A stretch of DNA of 64,000 nt, taken from assembly GCA_963821295.1 (NCBI GenBank), contig CAWGDB010000007.1:254557-318556 (forward strand). Direction: 5' to 3'. The DNA is from an uncultured Acidobacteriaceae bacterium (GTDB taxonomy: Bacteria; Acidobacteriota; Terriglobia; Terriglobales; Acidobacteriaceae). This document shows positions 49,243-58,415 of this stretch, piece by piece (the stretch's first letter is position 1; each line of letters opens with the position of its first letter). Below the pieces are notes generated by a model. The model did no database searches. It was not told where the DNA came from and worked only from the letters and a program-made list of their open reading frames with translations. The position numbers and the translations under genes are program-made.

Positions 49243-51000
49243 ATGCGCAGATTTTTTCTGGGTACGGCCGTGCGACCTCTGGCTGTCTATCTATCGTTTC
49301 TCTTTCTCCCGCTGGCCGGATGGGCCGCGGACTCAGGTGCCCTTCCTCTCACGATTACTTTGCGGCCGGCCGCCGCCAATTCCCATCGGTTAGTGCCGTA
49401 TGTAGACATCGTACTCACCTATACAACTCCTCCTGTCGCCCCGGGCCACGCATTCCTGAAAATACCGCTTGTGACGTCGAATGTGTTGACCGTCGCACAG
49501 GCAATCGAGGGTTTTTCCGTAGAAGATGTAAATGGCCCAGTTCCTGTGACAGTAAAGGACGACTCCGAGGACAGTGCCGCGCCCTGCCGTCACTGGATTT
49601 CCTCTCGCTCTACCAGAGGTGCCCTGACCGTTCACTACCGTGCGCCCATCTCCAATATCGCGGCCCCGCGCGGTGCTGCGCCCCCGCTGGAGCTGCGCTC
49701 CGACAGCGGTGCATTTTCCGGAGCCGGCGAAACTTTTCTGGTCTTGCCGGAGGCCGATTCACCAACGCCAGCCTTCCAGCCTATCGAGGTTCGCTGGAAT
49801 CTCAGCGACATGGCCAAAGGCTCGGTCGGAATCTCCAGCTTCGGGAGCGGCGACGTCACGCTGTCTGGAACGGGCGGACTCCACTCTTTGCAATCTTCTT
49901 TCTTTATGGCGGGCAAAGTAGAACTCTATCCCCCAACTCCTCCCAGAACCGGATTCTTTTCCGCCTGGCACGGAACCGCACCCTTCGACCTGCGCGAGCT
50001 CATGAACTCTGAAGAGAAGCTCTATGCCTTCTACGGAAAATTCTTCAAGCGGCCGCCGACCGCTCCCTATGGCGTTTTCCTGCGCGAAAATCCGGTCAAT
50101 GCCGGCGGCGGCATGGAACTGTCCGGATCGTTCGTCGCCACCTTCGGACCAAAAACCAAACTCGATGAATTGAAGATCACCCTTGCCCACGAGATGTTGC
50201 ACACTTTCGTCGGCGGACTCGAGAAGCCCGAAGGATTGCTGAGTTCATGGTTCTCAGAGGGGATGGCAGTCTACTACGCTCGCCTGCTGTCGTGGCGAGC
50301 CGGCCAGATTACCCCGGCGCAGTTCCTCGAAGATCTGAACACGACCGCGGGGCGCTATTACACCGACGCTTTGATCGCCACGCCCAACGCCGAAATTCCG
50401 GCGCGTTTCTGGGCGGATACACGGGTCCGGGTGCTCCCCTATGACCGGGGCTCGATGTACTTCGCGGTCGTCGATGGAGAAGTGCGTGCCGCCTCCGGCG
50501 GAAAGCGCACGCTCGACGATTTGCTCCTTGCCATGCTGAATCGGCGCCAGCAGAAGCTGCCAGTCGATGAAGCGTCGTGGGTCGATCTGGTTACAAAAGA
50601 ATTGGGCGAACGTGGAAAAGCGGAGTTCGAGGCAATGCTGGCGGGTGCGACACAACTTCCCGAACCCGGCGGCTTTGGGCCATGCTTCACGCGCACGACG
50701 AAGATGCTTCGCCGCTATCAGCTGGGCTTTGAGCCGAAGGTCCTGATCGAGCCCAAGCGCATCGTTCGCGGTCTGATTCCTGGTTCAGCGGCTGAGCGGG
50801 CCGGCGTGCGCGACGGAGACGAAATCACCCAGCCCGTTCCCCAGGACCGAATCCAGGGTGAGCAGGATGGAGTTTTGACCCTCAAATTGGTCCGCGATGG
50901 CAAGCCGCTCGAAATCAGTTATGTTCCCCGCGGGGAAGCGGTCGAAGCTTATCAGTGGATCAGAAGCGGGAATCTGCCAGACAGTGCCTGCGAATTCTAA
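49243..51000 (+). CDS. secreted M61-like metallopeptidase with C-terminal PDZ domain
   Basis: ATG at 49243 with AGGGAG upstream. Signal peptide. Zinc motif LAHEMLHTFVGG, then WFSEGMAVYYA. PDZ-like segment GLIPGSAAERAGVRDGDEI. Confidence 0.75.
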   Translation: MRRFFLGTAVRPLAVYLSFLFLPLAGWAADSGALPLTITLRPAAANSHRLVPYVDIVLTYTTPPVAPGHAFLKIPLVTSNVLTVAQAIEGFSVEDVNGPVPVTVKDDSEDSAAPCRHWISSRSTRGALTVHYRAPISNIAAPRGAAPPLELRSDSGAFSGAGETFLVLPEADSPTPAFQPIEVRWNLSDMAKGSVGISSFGSGDVTLSGTGGLHSLQSSFFMAGKVELYPPTPPRTGFFSAWHGTAPFDLRELMNSEEKLYAFYGKFFKRPPTAPYGVFLRENPVNAGGGMELSGSFVATFGPKTKLDELKITLAHEMLHTFVGGLEKPEGLLSSWFSEGMAVYYARLLSWRAGQITPAQFLEDLNTTAGRYYTDALIATPNAEIPARFWADTRVRVLPYDRGSMYFAVVDGEVRAASGGKRTLDDLLLAMLNRRQQKLPVDEASWVDLVTKELGERGKAEFEAMLAGATQLPEPGGFGPCFTRTTKMLRRYQLGFEPKVLIEPKRIVRGLIPGSAAERAGVRDGDEITQPVPQDRIQGEQDGVLTLKLVRDGKPLEISYVPRGEAVEAYQWIRSGNLPDSACEF

Positions 51001-51198
51001 ATGGGTCCTCTTCATTTCCCAATTGTCGTTTGCGCGAGAACCGCCATTTCGTCTAGCCACCCTCTGTTTTCCACCCATGTGGCGGATGTGTCTTCCGTTG
51101 CGATCTGGGATCCTATTCTACCAATCCAGTCATTCCCTCAACACCTTGTCTCCGGCGTTAACTTCTGGGCCGTACCTTATACTTCGTTATCGAACAAA

Positions 51199-51387
51199 AT
51201 GAGTGCCGAGATTCAATTTGCGTTTGGGAGAAACCGTTGGCTGGCAGCGAAGAGCGCCTCGATTGGCGCAATTCAGAGCGGCAGCCTCGGCATTCAGGGA
51301 CACTTCGCAAATGCGCTCGCAGCGCTGTACATCGCTTGTGGCCAGGCTCGTGGACGGCAATCCGGGGAGCTGGTCGCAAATGGCTAA
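51199..51387 (+). pseudogene. relic fragment of an HMG-CoA-reductase-like gene
   Basis: The tail of ORF 51001..51387 reads ...SGSLGIQGHFANALAALYIACGQ. This matches the conserved class I HMGR block GS(I/L)GG.[18 protein letters not shown]. No HMGR-like sequence occurs upstream, and the frame ends where the UbiA gene starts. Confidence 0.4.
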
Positions 51388-52300
51388 CCGCTGGTGGACT
51401 TACCAGCGCGAGCGTTTTCCAGTCTTCGCTCACACTCCAATAATTGCGGCCTTCAGCCTCTCCGCAGTCAGCTACTCGGCGTTGATACGTGGCGCGTACC
51501 ATGTCCCTGGGTGGAAGCCTTGTGTTGTAGCCTTTGCCAGTTCATTCCTTTTCTTCCTCCAGCTTCGGATTGCCGATGAATTCAAGGACTTCGAGGAAGA
51601 TTCGCTCTATCGGCCATATCGTCCTGTGCCGCGCGGCCTGATCACTCTTCGCCATCTCGGCTGGGTGTGGGCTGGCTCCATCGGTCTCCAACTTACGCTC
51701 GCGCTGTGGCTTGCACCGCGACTTATTATGTTGTTGCTGCTTCCCTGGCTATACCTCTGCCTGATGAGCAAGGAATTTTTCGCGCGGCGCTGGCTGAAGG
51801 CGCGACCCATTACCTACATGGTTACGCACATGGCCATCATGCCGCTGGTTGACCTCTACACCACATCCTGCGATTGGGTTCCCGCCGGTTTCGTTCGCCC
51901 GCCCCCCGGATTGCTGTGGTTTCTCCTCGTCAGTTTTTTCAATGGCATGGTGGTTGAAATCGGGAGGAAAATTCGTTCCCCTCAAGACGAAGAAACCGGA
52001 GTGGAAACCTACAGCTTCCTGTGGGGCCGGCGGAATGCCATCCTTGTATGGTTGGGCACGCTGGTTTGCACAGGCGGGTTCGCCTTTATCGCCGCTCGAG
52101 GCATCGGTTTTGCTCGCCCTGTCATTATTCTATTGCTGATTTTATTCTTAGCGGCGTTGGCAGTGGCGGTGTACTTTCTGCAAGGTGCGGTCGAAAAACG
52201 TGGCAAGTATGTCGAGACGATGGCCGGCGTTTGGAGTCTCCTCATGTATCTGAGCCTGGGCTTCATTCCGATGGTCTTGCGGCATTGGGGTGGGGCATGA
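51380..52300 (+). CDS. UbiA-superfamily intramembrane prenyltransferase
   Basis: ATG at 51380 (MANRWWTYQRERFPVF). First acidic motif plus RPxPxG: LRIADEFKDFEEDSLYRPYRPVPRG. Second acidic motif: RSPQDEETGVETYSFLWG. About 8 TM helices. Confidence 0.75.
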   Translation: MANRWWTYQRERFPVFAHTPIIAAFSLSAVSYSALIRGAYHVPGWKPCVVAFASSFLFFLQLRIADEFKDFEEDSLYRPYRPVPRGLITLRHLGWVWAGSIGLQLTLALWLAPRLIMLLLLPWLYLCLMSKEFFARRWLKARPITYMVTHMAIMPLVDLYTTSCDWVPAGFVRPPPGLLWFLLVSFFNGMVVEIGRKIRSPQDEETGVETYSFLWGRRNAILVWLGTLVCTGGFAFIAARGIGFARPVIILLLILFLAALAVAVYFLQGAVEKRGKYVETMAGVWSLLMYLSLGFIPMVLRHWGGA

Positions 52301-55008
52301 GTTTCGTTTTTCAAGAAGGCGGATTGAAGGAACTCGGTGGAAAGGCGCTCGCCCTGCTGCAGTTGGAGCAGGCCGGTTTGTCCATACCCCCGTGGTTCGT
52401 GATCGCGCCATCAGCGTTCACCGCCAGTTTGGCCACTGCCGGTCTGACCGTGAAACAAGCTGAAGCGCTTGCATGCGAGCAAGCCGAAGAGTTGAACTCA
52501 GCACTGCTCTCGCTTCGACCGTCGGTTGAAATCGAACGCGAGGTCAACGACGCATTGCGGCACTTGGCCGTTGAAGGCAGTCGTTTCGCGGTTCGGTCAT
52601 CGGCCGTCGAGGAAGATGGCTCCCAGCATTCGTTCGCGGGGCAATTCGACACCTTTCTCTTCGTCGACCAGACTGGAATCTGCAGTAAAGTTGCCGCCGT
52701 TTGGAGGTCGGGATTCAGCGGCCGCGTAGTCGAATATCGCCGCCAGCACGGGCTTTCGAACGCGACGTTTGCGGCTCCGGCAGTGCTTGTGCAGAGGATG
52801 GTAAACGCGACGGCCTCGGGAGTGGCCTTCAGCGCTGATCCGGTCACCGGCCGGCGTTCCGTTGCTGTGGTCTCGGCAGTTCTCGGACTTGGGACGGCGC
52901 TCGTCGGCGGCGAAGCGGCGGCGGATGTCTTCAAGGTCGATCGTGCTGGGGTGCTTATTGATAGAACGATTGTGCGAAAGAACATTTCCCATCGCTTTGA
53001 TCCCGCCGCTGGCGAGGGCGTCTCTGCGGTCAACTTAAGCGCGGATGAAGGTTCGAGACCCACGCTCACTGACGCACAAGCGATAGCGGTAGCAACTCTC
53101 GCTCGCCGCGCTGCCCATGCTTTCGGGAAACCGCAGGATATTGAGTGGGCTATCGAGGGTGATCAGTTGTTTCTGTTGCAGTCGCGTCCGATCACGACTC
53201 TCGCTGATCTCGCCGACCCCGAAGGCACCCTTAATCTTTGGGACAACAGCAACATCACAGAGAGCTACAACGGCGTCACCACACCACTGACATTTTCTTT
53301 CGCGCGTTACATCTACCAGGGCGTGTATCGGCAGTTCTGCTTCATCCTACGCGTGCCGAAGCACAAGATCGCCGCCAATGAGAACACTTTTAGCCGGATG
53401 CTCGGGCTGATTAGGGGACGGGTCTACTACAACCTGCTTAATTGGTATCGCGTGCTGGCGCTGCTGCCGGGATTCACTCTGAATCGCCGCTTCATGGAAC
53501 AGATGATGGGCGTCCGCGAGACTCTTCCCGACGAAATTACCCGCGAATTGCAGCAGGCCAGCACGCGAGATCGAATGATAGACGCGCTGCGCAGCCTGCG
53601 TATGGCGGCCGGCCTGGCACGAAACTACGTAACGCTGGACCGTCAGATCGAGCGATTCTATGTCCGTCTCAATCAGGCGCTGGCCGCGCCCGAGCCAAGG
53701 TTTGAGGATATGCGCTTCGACGAATTAGTGGCGCATTACTACAAGCTTGAACAGCAACTCCTCTCCCGCTGGGACGCGCCCCTGGTCAACGATTTTTTCG
53801 CCATGATCTTTCATGGCGCTTTCCGAAAACTCACCGAACGCTGGTGCGGAGACGCCAATGGGATGCTAGCCAACGATGCCCTCCGAGGACAGAGTGACAT
53901 TATCAGCCTGGAACCAGCTGCGCGCGTTCGCGAGATGGCCAGCGCGGCGGCCGCCCATCCCGAGTTGGTTGTCGCTCTGCGCCAAGCTTCAACCCACGAT
54001 GCGGTACGTGTCCTGCGGAAGTATCCTGATTTTTCCGTGCTCTACGACTCTTACCTTTCCAAGTTCGGCGATCGTTGTTTGGAAGAGTTAAAGCTGGAGA
54101 GCAAAACTCTCCATGAGGATCCTCTGGTACTACTGAGGAGCATTGGGGAAGTTGCGCGTGCCGCTTCGATCTCGCGTACGCCCCAGGCTGAGATTCTCTC
54201 CCGTGATCAAACTCATGGTGATCAGACCCCCGGCGATCAAGCTGAGAAGAAAATGAGGGCTGCTCTGCGCGGTTCGCCCGTTCGCCGCGCGGTGTTGTGG
54301 TGGGTCATGCGCCAGGCCCGCATGCGGGTGCGCAACCGGGAAAATCTCCGCTTCGAACGCACGCGTCTGTTCGGCACCATCCGCCGCCTGTTTCTGGAAG
54401 CGGGTCACCGCCTGCAAGCCATCAGGTGTCTCGACGACGCGCGGGACATCTTTTACCTCGAACTGGAAGAGATTCTTGCCTTCAACGACGGCACGGCAAC
54501 GACCACCGATTTGCGCTCCCTTGCCGCCGCGAGGAAACAGGAATTTGCCGGGTACCGCGATGGTCCGGCTCCCGCCGAGCGCTTCGAGACGCGCGGCCCC
54601 GTATATCATGCGCAACCGTATCGTTCGACCAAACCGGCTCCGGCGACGGAATCGGGTGGCGACGAGCGGAAAGGCTTGGGGTGTTGTCCCGGAGTTGTGC
54701 GCGGAAAAGCTTGCGTGGTGCGCGATCCCAAGCATGCGCTGTTAACTGCCGGTTGCATCCTGGTGGCCGACCATACCGATCCCGGTTGGATCATGTTGTT
54801 TCCTTCCGCCAGTGGCCTGCTTGTGGAACGCGGCAGTCTGCTCTCGCACTCGGCGATTGTGGCGCGAGAACTGGGGATTCCCGCTGTGATTTCGATCCCG
54901 GGCCTCCTCGAATGGCTCCACGATGGGGATGAGCTCGAGTTGGATGGCGCTGCGGGCATCGTTCGCCGGATCGTTGACGTTGCCGCGGCCAGGGAAGCCA
55001 ATGCGTAG
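52297..55008 (+). CDS. PEP-utilising-family dikinase with rifampin-phosphotransferase-like three-domain layout
   Basis: ATG at 52297 overlaps the UbiA stop (ATGA). PPDK_N ATP-grasp domain: LGGKALALLQLEQAGLSIPPWFVI, VRSSAVEEDGSQHSFAGQFDTFL, DIEWAIEGDQLFLLQSRPIT. Middle region of about 490 aa. C-terminal swivel domain with catalytic His: ERGSLLSHSAIVARELGIPAV. Confidence 0.85.
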   Translation: MSFVFQEGGLKELGGKALALLQLEQAGLSIPPWFVIAPSAFTASLATAGLTVKQAEALACEQAEELNSALLSLRPSVEIEREVNDALRHLAVEGSRFAVRSSAVEEDGSQHSFAGQFDTFLFVDQTGICSKVAAVWRSGFSGRVVEYRRQHGLSNATFAAPAVLVQRMVNATASGVAFSADPVTGRRSVAVVSAVLGLGTALVGGEAAADVFKVDRAGVLIDRTIVRKNISHRFDPAAGEGVSAVNLSADEGSRPTLTDAQAIAVATLARRAAHAFGKPQDIEWAIEGDQLFLLQSRPITTLADLADPEGTLNLWDNSNITESYNGVTTPLTFSFARYIYQGVYRQFCFILRVPKHKIAANENTFSRMLGLIRGRVYYNLLNWYRVLALLPGFTLNRRFMEQMMGVRETLPDEITRELQQASTRDRMIDALRSLRMAAGLARNYVTLDRQIERFYVRLNQALAAPEPRFEDMRFDELVAHYYKLEQQLLSRWDAPLVNDFFAMIFHGAFRKLTERWCGDANGMLANDALRGQSDIISLEPAARVREMASAAAAHPELVVALRQASTHDAVRVLRKYPDFSVLYDSYLSKFGDRCLEELKLESKTLHEDPLVLLRSIGEVARAASISRTPQAEILSRDQTHGDQTPGDQAEKKMRAALRGSPVRRAVLWWVMRQARMRVRNRENLRFERTRLFGTIRRLFLEAGHRLQAIRCLDDARDIFYLELEEILAFNDGTATTTDLRSLAAARKQEFAGYRDGPAPAERFETRGPVYHAQPYRSTKPAPATESGGDERKGLGCCPGVVRGKACVVRDPKHALLTAGCILVADHTDPGWIMLFPSASGLLVERGSLLSHSAIVARELGIPAVISIPGLLEWLHDGDELELDGAAGIVRRIVDVAAAREANA

Positions 55009-56104
55009 CGAAGCTGCCGACCGCGCCGACTTTTCCGGTATTCGTTACGCGCAATGCTGGGAAGACGCCGACGTTCTGCTCGCTGCCCTCGAACCTGCGC
55101 CGGGGAAACGCTGCGTTTCGATTGCCTCGGCAGGAGACAACACGCTAGCCCTTTTGTCTCGCGATCCAGAGAGCGTGCTTGCGCTCGATCTCAGCTCCGC
55201 CCAGATTGCGTGCCTGGAATTGCGCGTGGCGGCATATCGCGAGCTCCAACATGGGGAACTGCTCGCACTCATGGGCTCCGTCGAGAGCAGCGCCCGACCG
55301 CGCCTTTATCAAACCTGCCGCAAGCACCTTTCGGTCGGCGCTCTGGCGTTCTGGGATGAGCGGCCGGACTTGATCGCCGCTGGAATTGGCGCGGCCGGTA
55401 AATTCGAGCATTACTTCAGACTCTTCCGCGAGCGGGTGCTCTCGCTCGTACGCTCAAAAGACCACATCCAGCAGCTTCTGCGCCCCAAATCGACAGCCGA
55501 GCGGATGTCGTTCTATGACCAGCGGTGGAACAATCTTCGCTGGCGGCTCATGTTTCGAATGTTTTTCTCGCGCAGGCTGATGGGCCTGCTCGGCCGCGAC
55601 CCGAAGTTTTTTCGCTATGTCGAGGGCAGCGTTTCTGAGCGCATCCTCAAACGCACCGAGTACGCGCTGACCGAACTGGATCCGGCGGCCAACCCCTACA
55701 TCCAATGGATATTGACGGGCCGCCATAACGGCGTGCTGCCTGCCGCATTGCGCGAAGAAAACTTCGAGCCGATTCGCCGCAATCTTGACCGCCTGGAGTG
55801 GCGCTGCGGTGCGCTCGAAGAATCGCTCAAGGTCGACCGGAAGTTTGATTGCTTCAACCTGAGCGACATCTTTGAATACATGTCGCCATCGTCCTACGAA
55901 CAACTGTTGAAACTTATAGTGTCGAGCGCTCGCCCCGGAGCGCGTCTCGCGTACTGGAACATGCTGGCGCCGCGGCACCGCCCCGAATCGATGGCGGCAG
56001 ACCTGCGGCCGCTCGCTGAGTTGAGCGCGCAATTGTTCGCCCGCGACCGGGCTTTCTTTTATAGTGCCTTCGTAGTCGAGGAAGTTATGAGGGAAGCCGC
56101 ATGA
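55001..56104 (+). CDS. BtaA-like (DUF3419) SAM-dependent 3-amino-3-carboxypropyl transferase homologue
   Basis: ATG at 55001 overlaps the upstream stop by 8 nt. IRYAQCWEDADVLLAALEPAPGKRCVSIASAGDNTLALLSRDP...LDLSSAQIACLELRVAAY matches the BtaA N-terminal SAM-binding region. C-terminal FNLSDIFEYM. Confidence 0.7.
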   Translation: MRSEAADRADFSGIRYAQCWEDADVLLAALEPAPGKRCVSIASAGDNTLALLSRDPESVLALDLSSAQIACLELRVAAYRELQHGELLALMGSVESSARPRLYQTCRKHLSVGALAFWDERPDLIAAGIGAAGKFEHYFRLFRERVLSLVRSKDHIQQLLRPKSTAERMSFYDQRWNNLRWRLMFRMFFSRRLMGLLGRDPKFFRYVEGSVSERILKRTEYALTELDPAANPYIQWILTGRHNGVLPAALREENFEPIRRNLDRLEWRCGALEESLKVDRKFDCFNLSDIFEYMSPSSYEQLLKLIVSSARPGARLAYWNMLAPRHRPESMAADLRPLAELSAQLFARDRAFFYSAFVVEEVMREAA

Positions 56105-57420
56105 CGCTGCACGATACCGTCGCCCTGGCAATCGTGCTGTCTTGCGCTTTGACGATGCTGTTGTTGCTGCGCCTCTATCGTAAGTGGAGGGGCGCCGATG
56201 GCGAGTGGATACGGAAGTTGGCGCACATCGGGACGGGCCTGCTCTCGATCAGTCTGCCATGGGTATTCGCCACCTCCGATCCGGTTTTCATTATCTGTGG
56301 TGCCTCGATCGCGCTACTGCTTGCGATCCGGTATCTCCCTGCCATCCGTAGTCATTTGTCAGGCGTCCTCGATGACGTCGGTCGCCAGTCTTGGGGAGAA
56401 ATCTATTTTCCGTTGTCCGTTGCGTTGCTCTACCACTTCGCACGTGGCAGCAAACTGTTGTATGCAGTTCCCCTGGTCGTACTTTCCCTGGCGGACGCCG
56501 TTGCCGCGCTGACTGGGAATGAGTACGGAAAACACGGGTACACGGCGACCGGCGCCACTAAGAGCATTGAAGGCTCCGTCGCATTTTTTTGCGTTGCCTT
56601 CTTCAGTGTCAATGTCGCGTTAGTCGTCTTTTCGGATGCGGGACGCATCGAAACTCTGCTCATCTCTCTCAACATCGCGCTCATCGTCATGTTGCTGGAG
56701 GCGATCGCCTGGCGTGGGCTGGACAACATTTTCATTCCTCTCGGGGTATTCATCCTTTTGCGCTTGTATCTCGCAATGTCTCTCGGCCAACTGTGGAACC
56801 GCTTCCAGGTAGGGATGGCATTGGTTATTTTTGTAACTCTCTATGCCAGGAAAACTACGCTAGAGGGTAGTGCGCTGTTGGCATCGGCTTTGGTGCTCTA
56901 CATTTCGTGGGCACTGGGAGGATGGCAATGGCTAATACCGCCGGCCACATTGTTTCTCGCATATACGTTCTTTTTCCCCGGAAAGATCACCGACTCCGAC
57001 CGAACGCACAATGTCCTTGCGGTGCTGAGTATCGCTTCCGTCGGGCTGATGTGGCTGTTTCTTTTCCGTGTCTGGCAGCAGCCCGCGTTGCTGTTCCCTT
57101 ACGCCTTGGCGTTCGCCATCCATCTTGCCCTGATTGCCTGGAGCCTGTTGTGCCCTCGATATTTTTCCGTTCGCCTGATGATGGTTGCTTGCGTCCTGGT
57201 GTCATGGGCATTGATCTTCTTGCCCTATGTACTGATTGAGGGCAGGTCGAGGTTATCGCTGTTGCAAGCCGGGGCAGCCTTGCCTGTCTGCGCCTTCGCA
57301 TTCGGCTTGTTTTACTGGTTTGAACCGCGCCGCGAAGGCATCTACTCTGCGAGCAGCGCCCGCTGGTTGCGGCAGGCCGGTATCGTGCTGTGTGCAACTC
57401 TGGCGGTCAGGATACTTTAA
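56101..57420 (+). CDS. CTP-dependent prenol kinase-like membrane protein (phytol kinase VTE5 / dolichol kinase family) fused to an extra polytopic C-terminal half
   Basis: ATGA overlap with the upstream gene. Motifs in the first ~210 aa: RKLAHIGTG, LSLADAVAALTGNEYGKHGY and KSIEGSVAFF. Residues ~220-439 add about 6 more TM helices without a motif I recognise. Confidence 0.65.
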   Translation: MTLHDTVALAIVLSCALTMLLLLRLYRKWRGADGEWIRKLAHIGTGLLSISLPWVFATSDPVFIICGASIALLLAIRYLPAIRSHLSGVLDDVGRQSWGEIYFPLSVALLYHFARGSKLLYAVPLVVLSLADAVAALTGNEYGKHGYTATGATKSIEGSVAFFCVAFFSVNVALVVFSDAGRIETLLISLNIALIVMLLEAIAWRGLDNIFIPLGVFILLRLYLAMSLGQLWNRFQVGMALVIFVTLYARKTTLEGSALLASALVLYISWALGGWQWLIPPATLFLAYTFFFPGKITDSDRTHNVLAVLSIASVGLMWLFLFRVWQQPALLFPYALAFAIHLALIAWSLLCPRYFSVRLMMVACVLVSWALIFLPYVLIEGRSRLSLLQAGAALPVCAFAFGLFYWFEPRREGIYSASSARWLRQAGIVLCATLAVRIL

Positions 57421-57422
57421 GA

Positions 57423-58415
57423 ATGCGGGTCGTTGATTGCAGTTCGGTTTCGGAAATCGCCAGCTCGACCGCCGCTGCACCCCTGCCGCCCTTCAACCCA
57501 TCGGACTTCGAAACCCAGCGCGCTGATCTTCACCTGCGTGCATTGTCAGACAGCAGCGGCGAAGTGGCGCGTTGCTCGCTATGGTGGAACCACGTCCCCG
57601 CCTACGAGCAACACCGAGTCGGCGTCATTGGACACTACGCCGCGACCAACGATGAAGGCGCTGCAGCCGTTCTGGCCACCGCACAGGAGCGGCTGCGTAC
57701 CGCCGGATGTACGCTCGCCATCGGTCCTATGAATGGGAACACTTGGCGAAGCTACCGCTTTATAACGGTGCGCGGTGCGGAGCCGATGTTTTTCCTTGAA
57801 CCGGCGAACCCCCCGGAATGGCCGCCCCAATTCGAAAGAGCAGGGTTCTCGTCGCTGGCATCCTACTTCTCGGCGCTTAACCGCGATTTGTCCCGTCCTG
57901 ATCCGCGCGTGGCCACGCTCGAAAAAAAGATTGCGGAAGCGGGGGTTGTGATTCGCTCGGCGAATGCCGACCTCCAGCGCGAACTGAAGAACATATATGC
58001 GGTGAGCCAAGTCTCGTTCCGGCACAACTTCTTGTACACCGAGATACCCGAGGCAGAGTTTATTGCCATGTACGAGCCCGTCTTGCCTATGGCGCGCCCT
58101 GAACTTGTGCTTTTTGCCGAACGGGCCGGCGAATGCGTGGGCTATCTGTTCGCCATCCCCGACTTTGCGTTGAAGGCCCGCGGCGATGATGTAAACACGT
58201 TCATCGTCAAGACCGTTTCAATTCTCCCGCATCCCGAACTGCGAGGCTTGGGCACATTGCTGGTGGCTCGGGTCCAGCAACTGGGTCGCGAGATGGGCTT
58301 CCGTCGCTGCATTCACGCGCTCATGTTCGAGAACAACGTCTCGCTCAACATCAGCCGCCATTACGCCACCGTGATGCGCAAGTACACGCTCTATTCGAGG
58401 GACCTCGCAAAATGA
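57423..58415 (+). CDS. two-lobed GNAT-family acyltransferase
   Basis: ATG at 57423, 2 nt after the upstream stop. C-terminal GNAT motif A: VSILPHPELRGLGTLLVARVQQLGREMGF. The N-terminal lobe is also GNAT-like (VGVIGHYAATNDEGAAAVLATAQERLRTAGC). Confidence 0.7.
   Translation: MRVVDCSSVSEIASSTAAAPLPPFNPSDFETQRADLHLRALSDSSGEVARCSLWWNHVPAYEQHRVGVIGHYAATNDEGAAAVLATAQERLRTAGCTLAIGPMNGNTWRSYRFITVRGAEPMFFLEPANPPEWPPQFERAGFSSLASYFSALNRDLSRPDPRVATLEKKIAEAGVVIRSANADLQRELKNIYAVSQVSFRHNFLYTEIPEAEFIAMYEPVLPMARPELVLFAERAGECVGYLFAIPDFALKARGDDVNTFIVKTVSILPHPELRGLGTLLVARVQQLGREMGFRRCIHALMFENNVSLNISRHYATVMRKYTLYSRDLAK

Noticed and set aside
52021-52296. N-terminal 92 aa of ORF 52021..55008
   Set aside because: This part overlaps the UbiA gene in another frame. 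The PPDK_N domain begins right after the internal ATG at 52297, which forms an ATGA stop/start junction.
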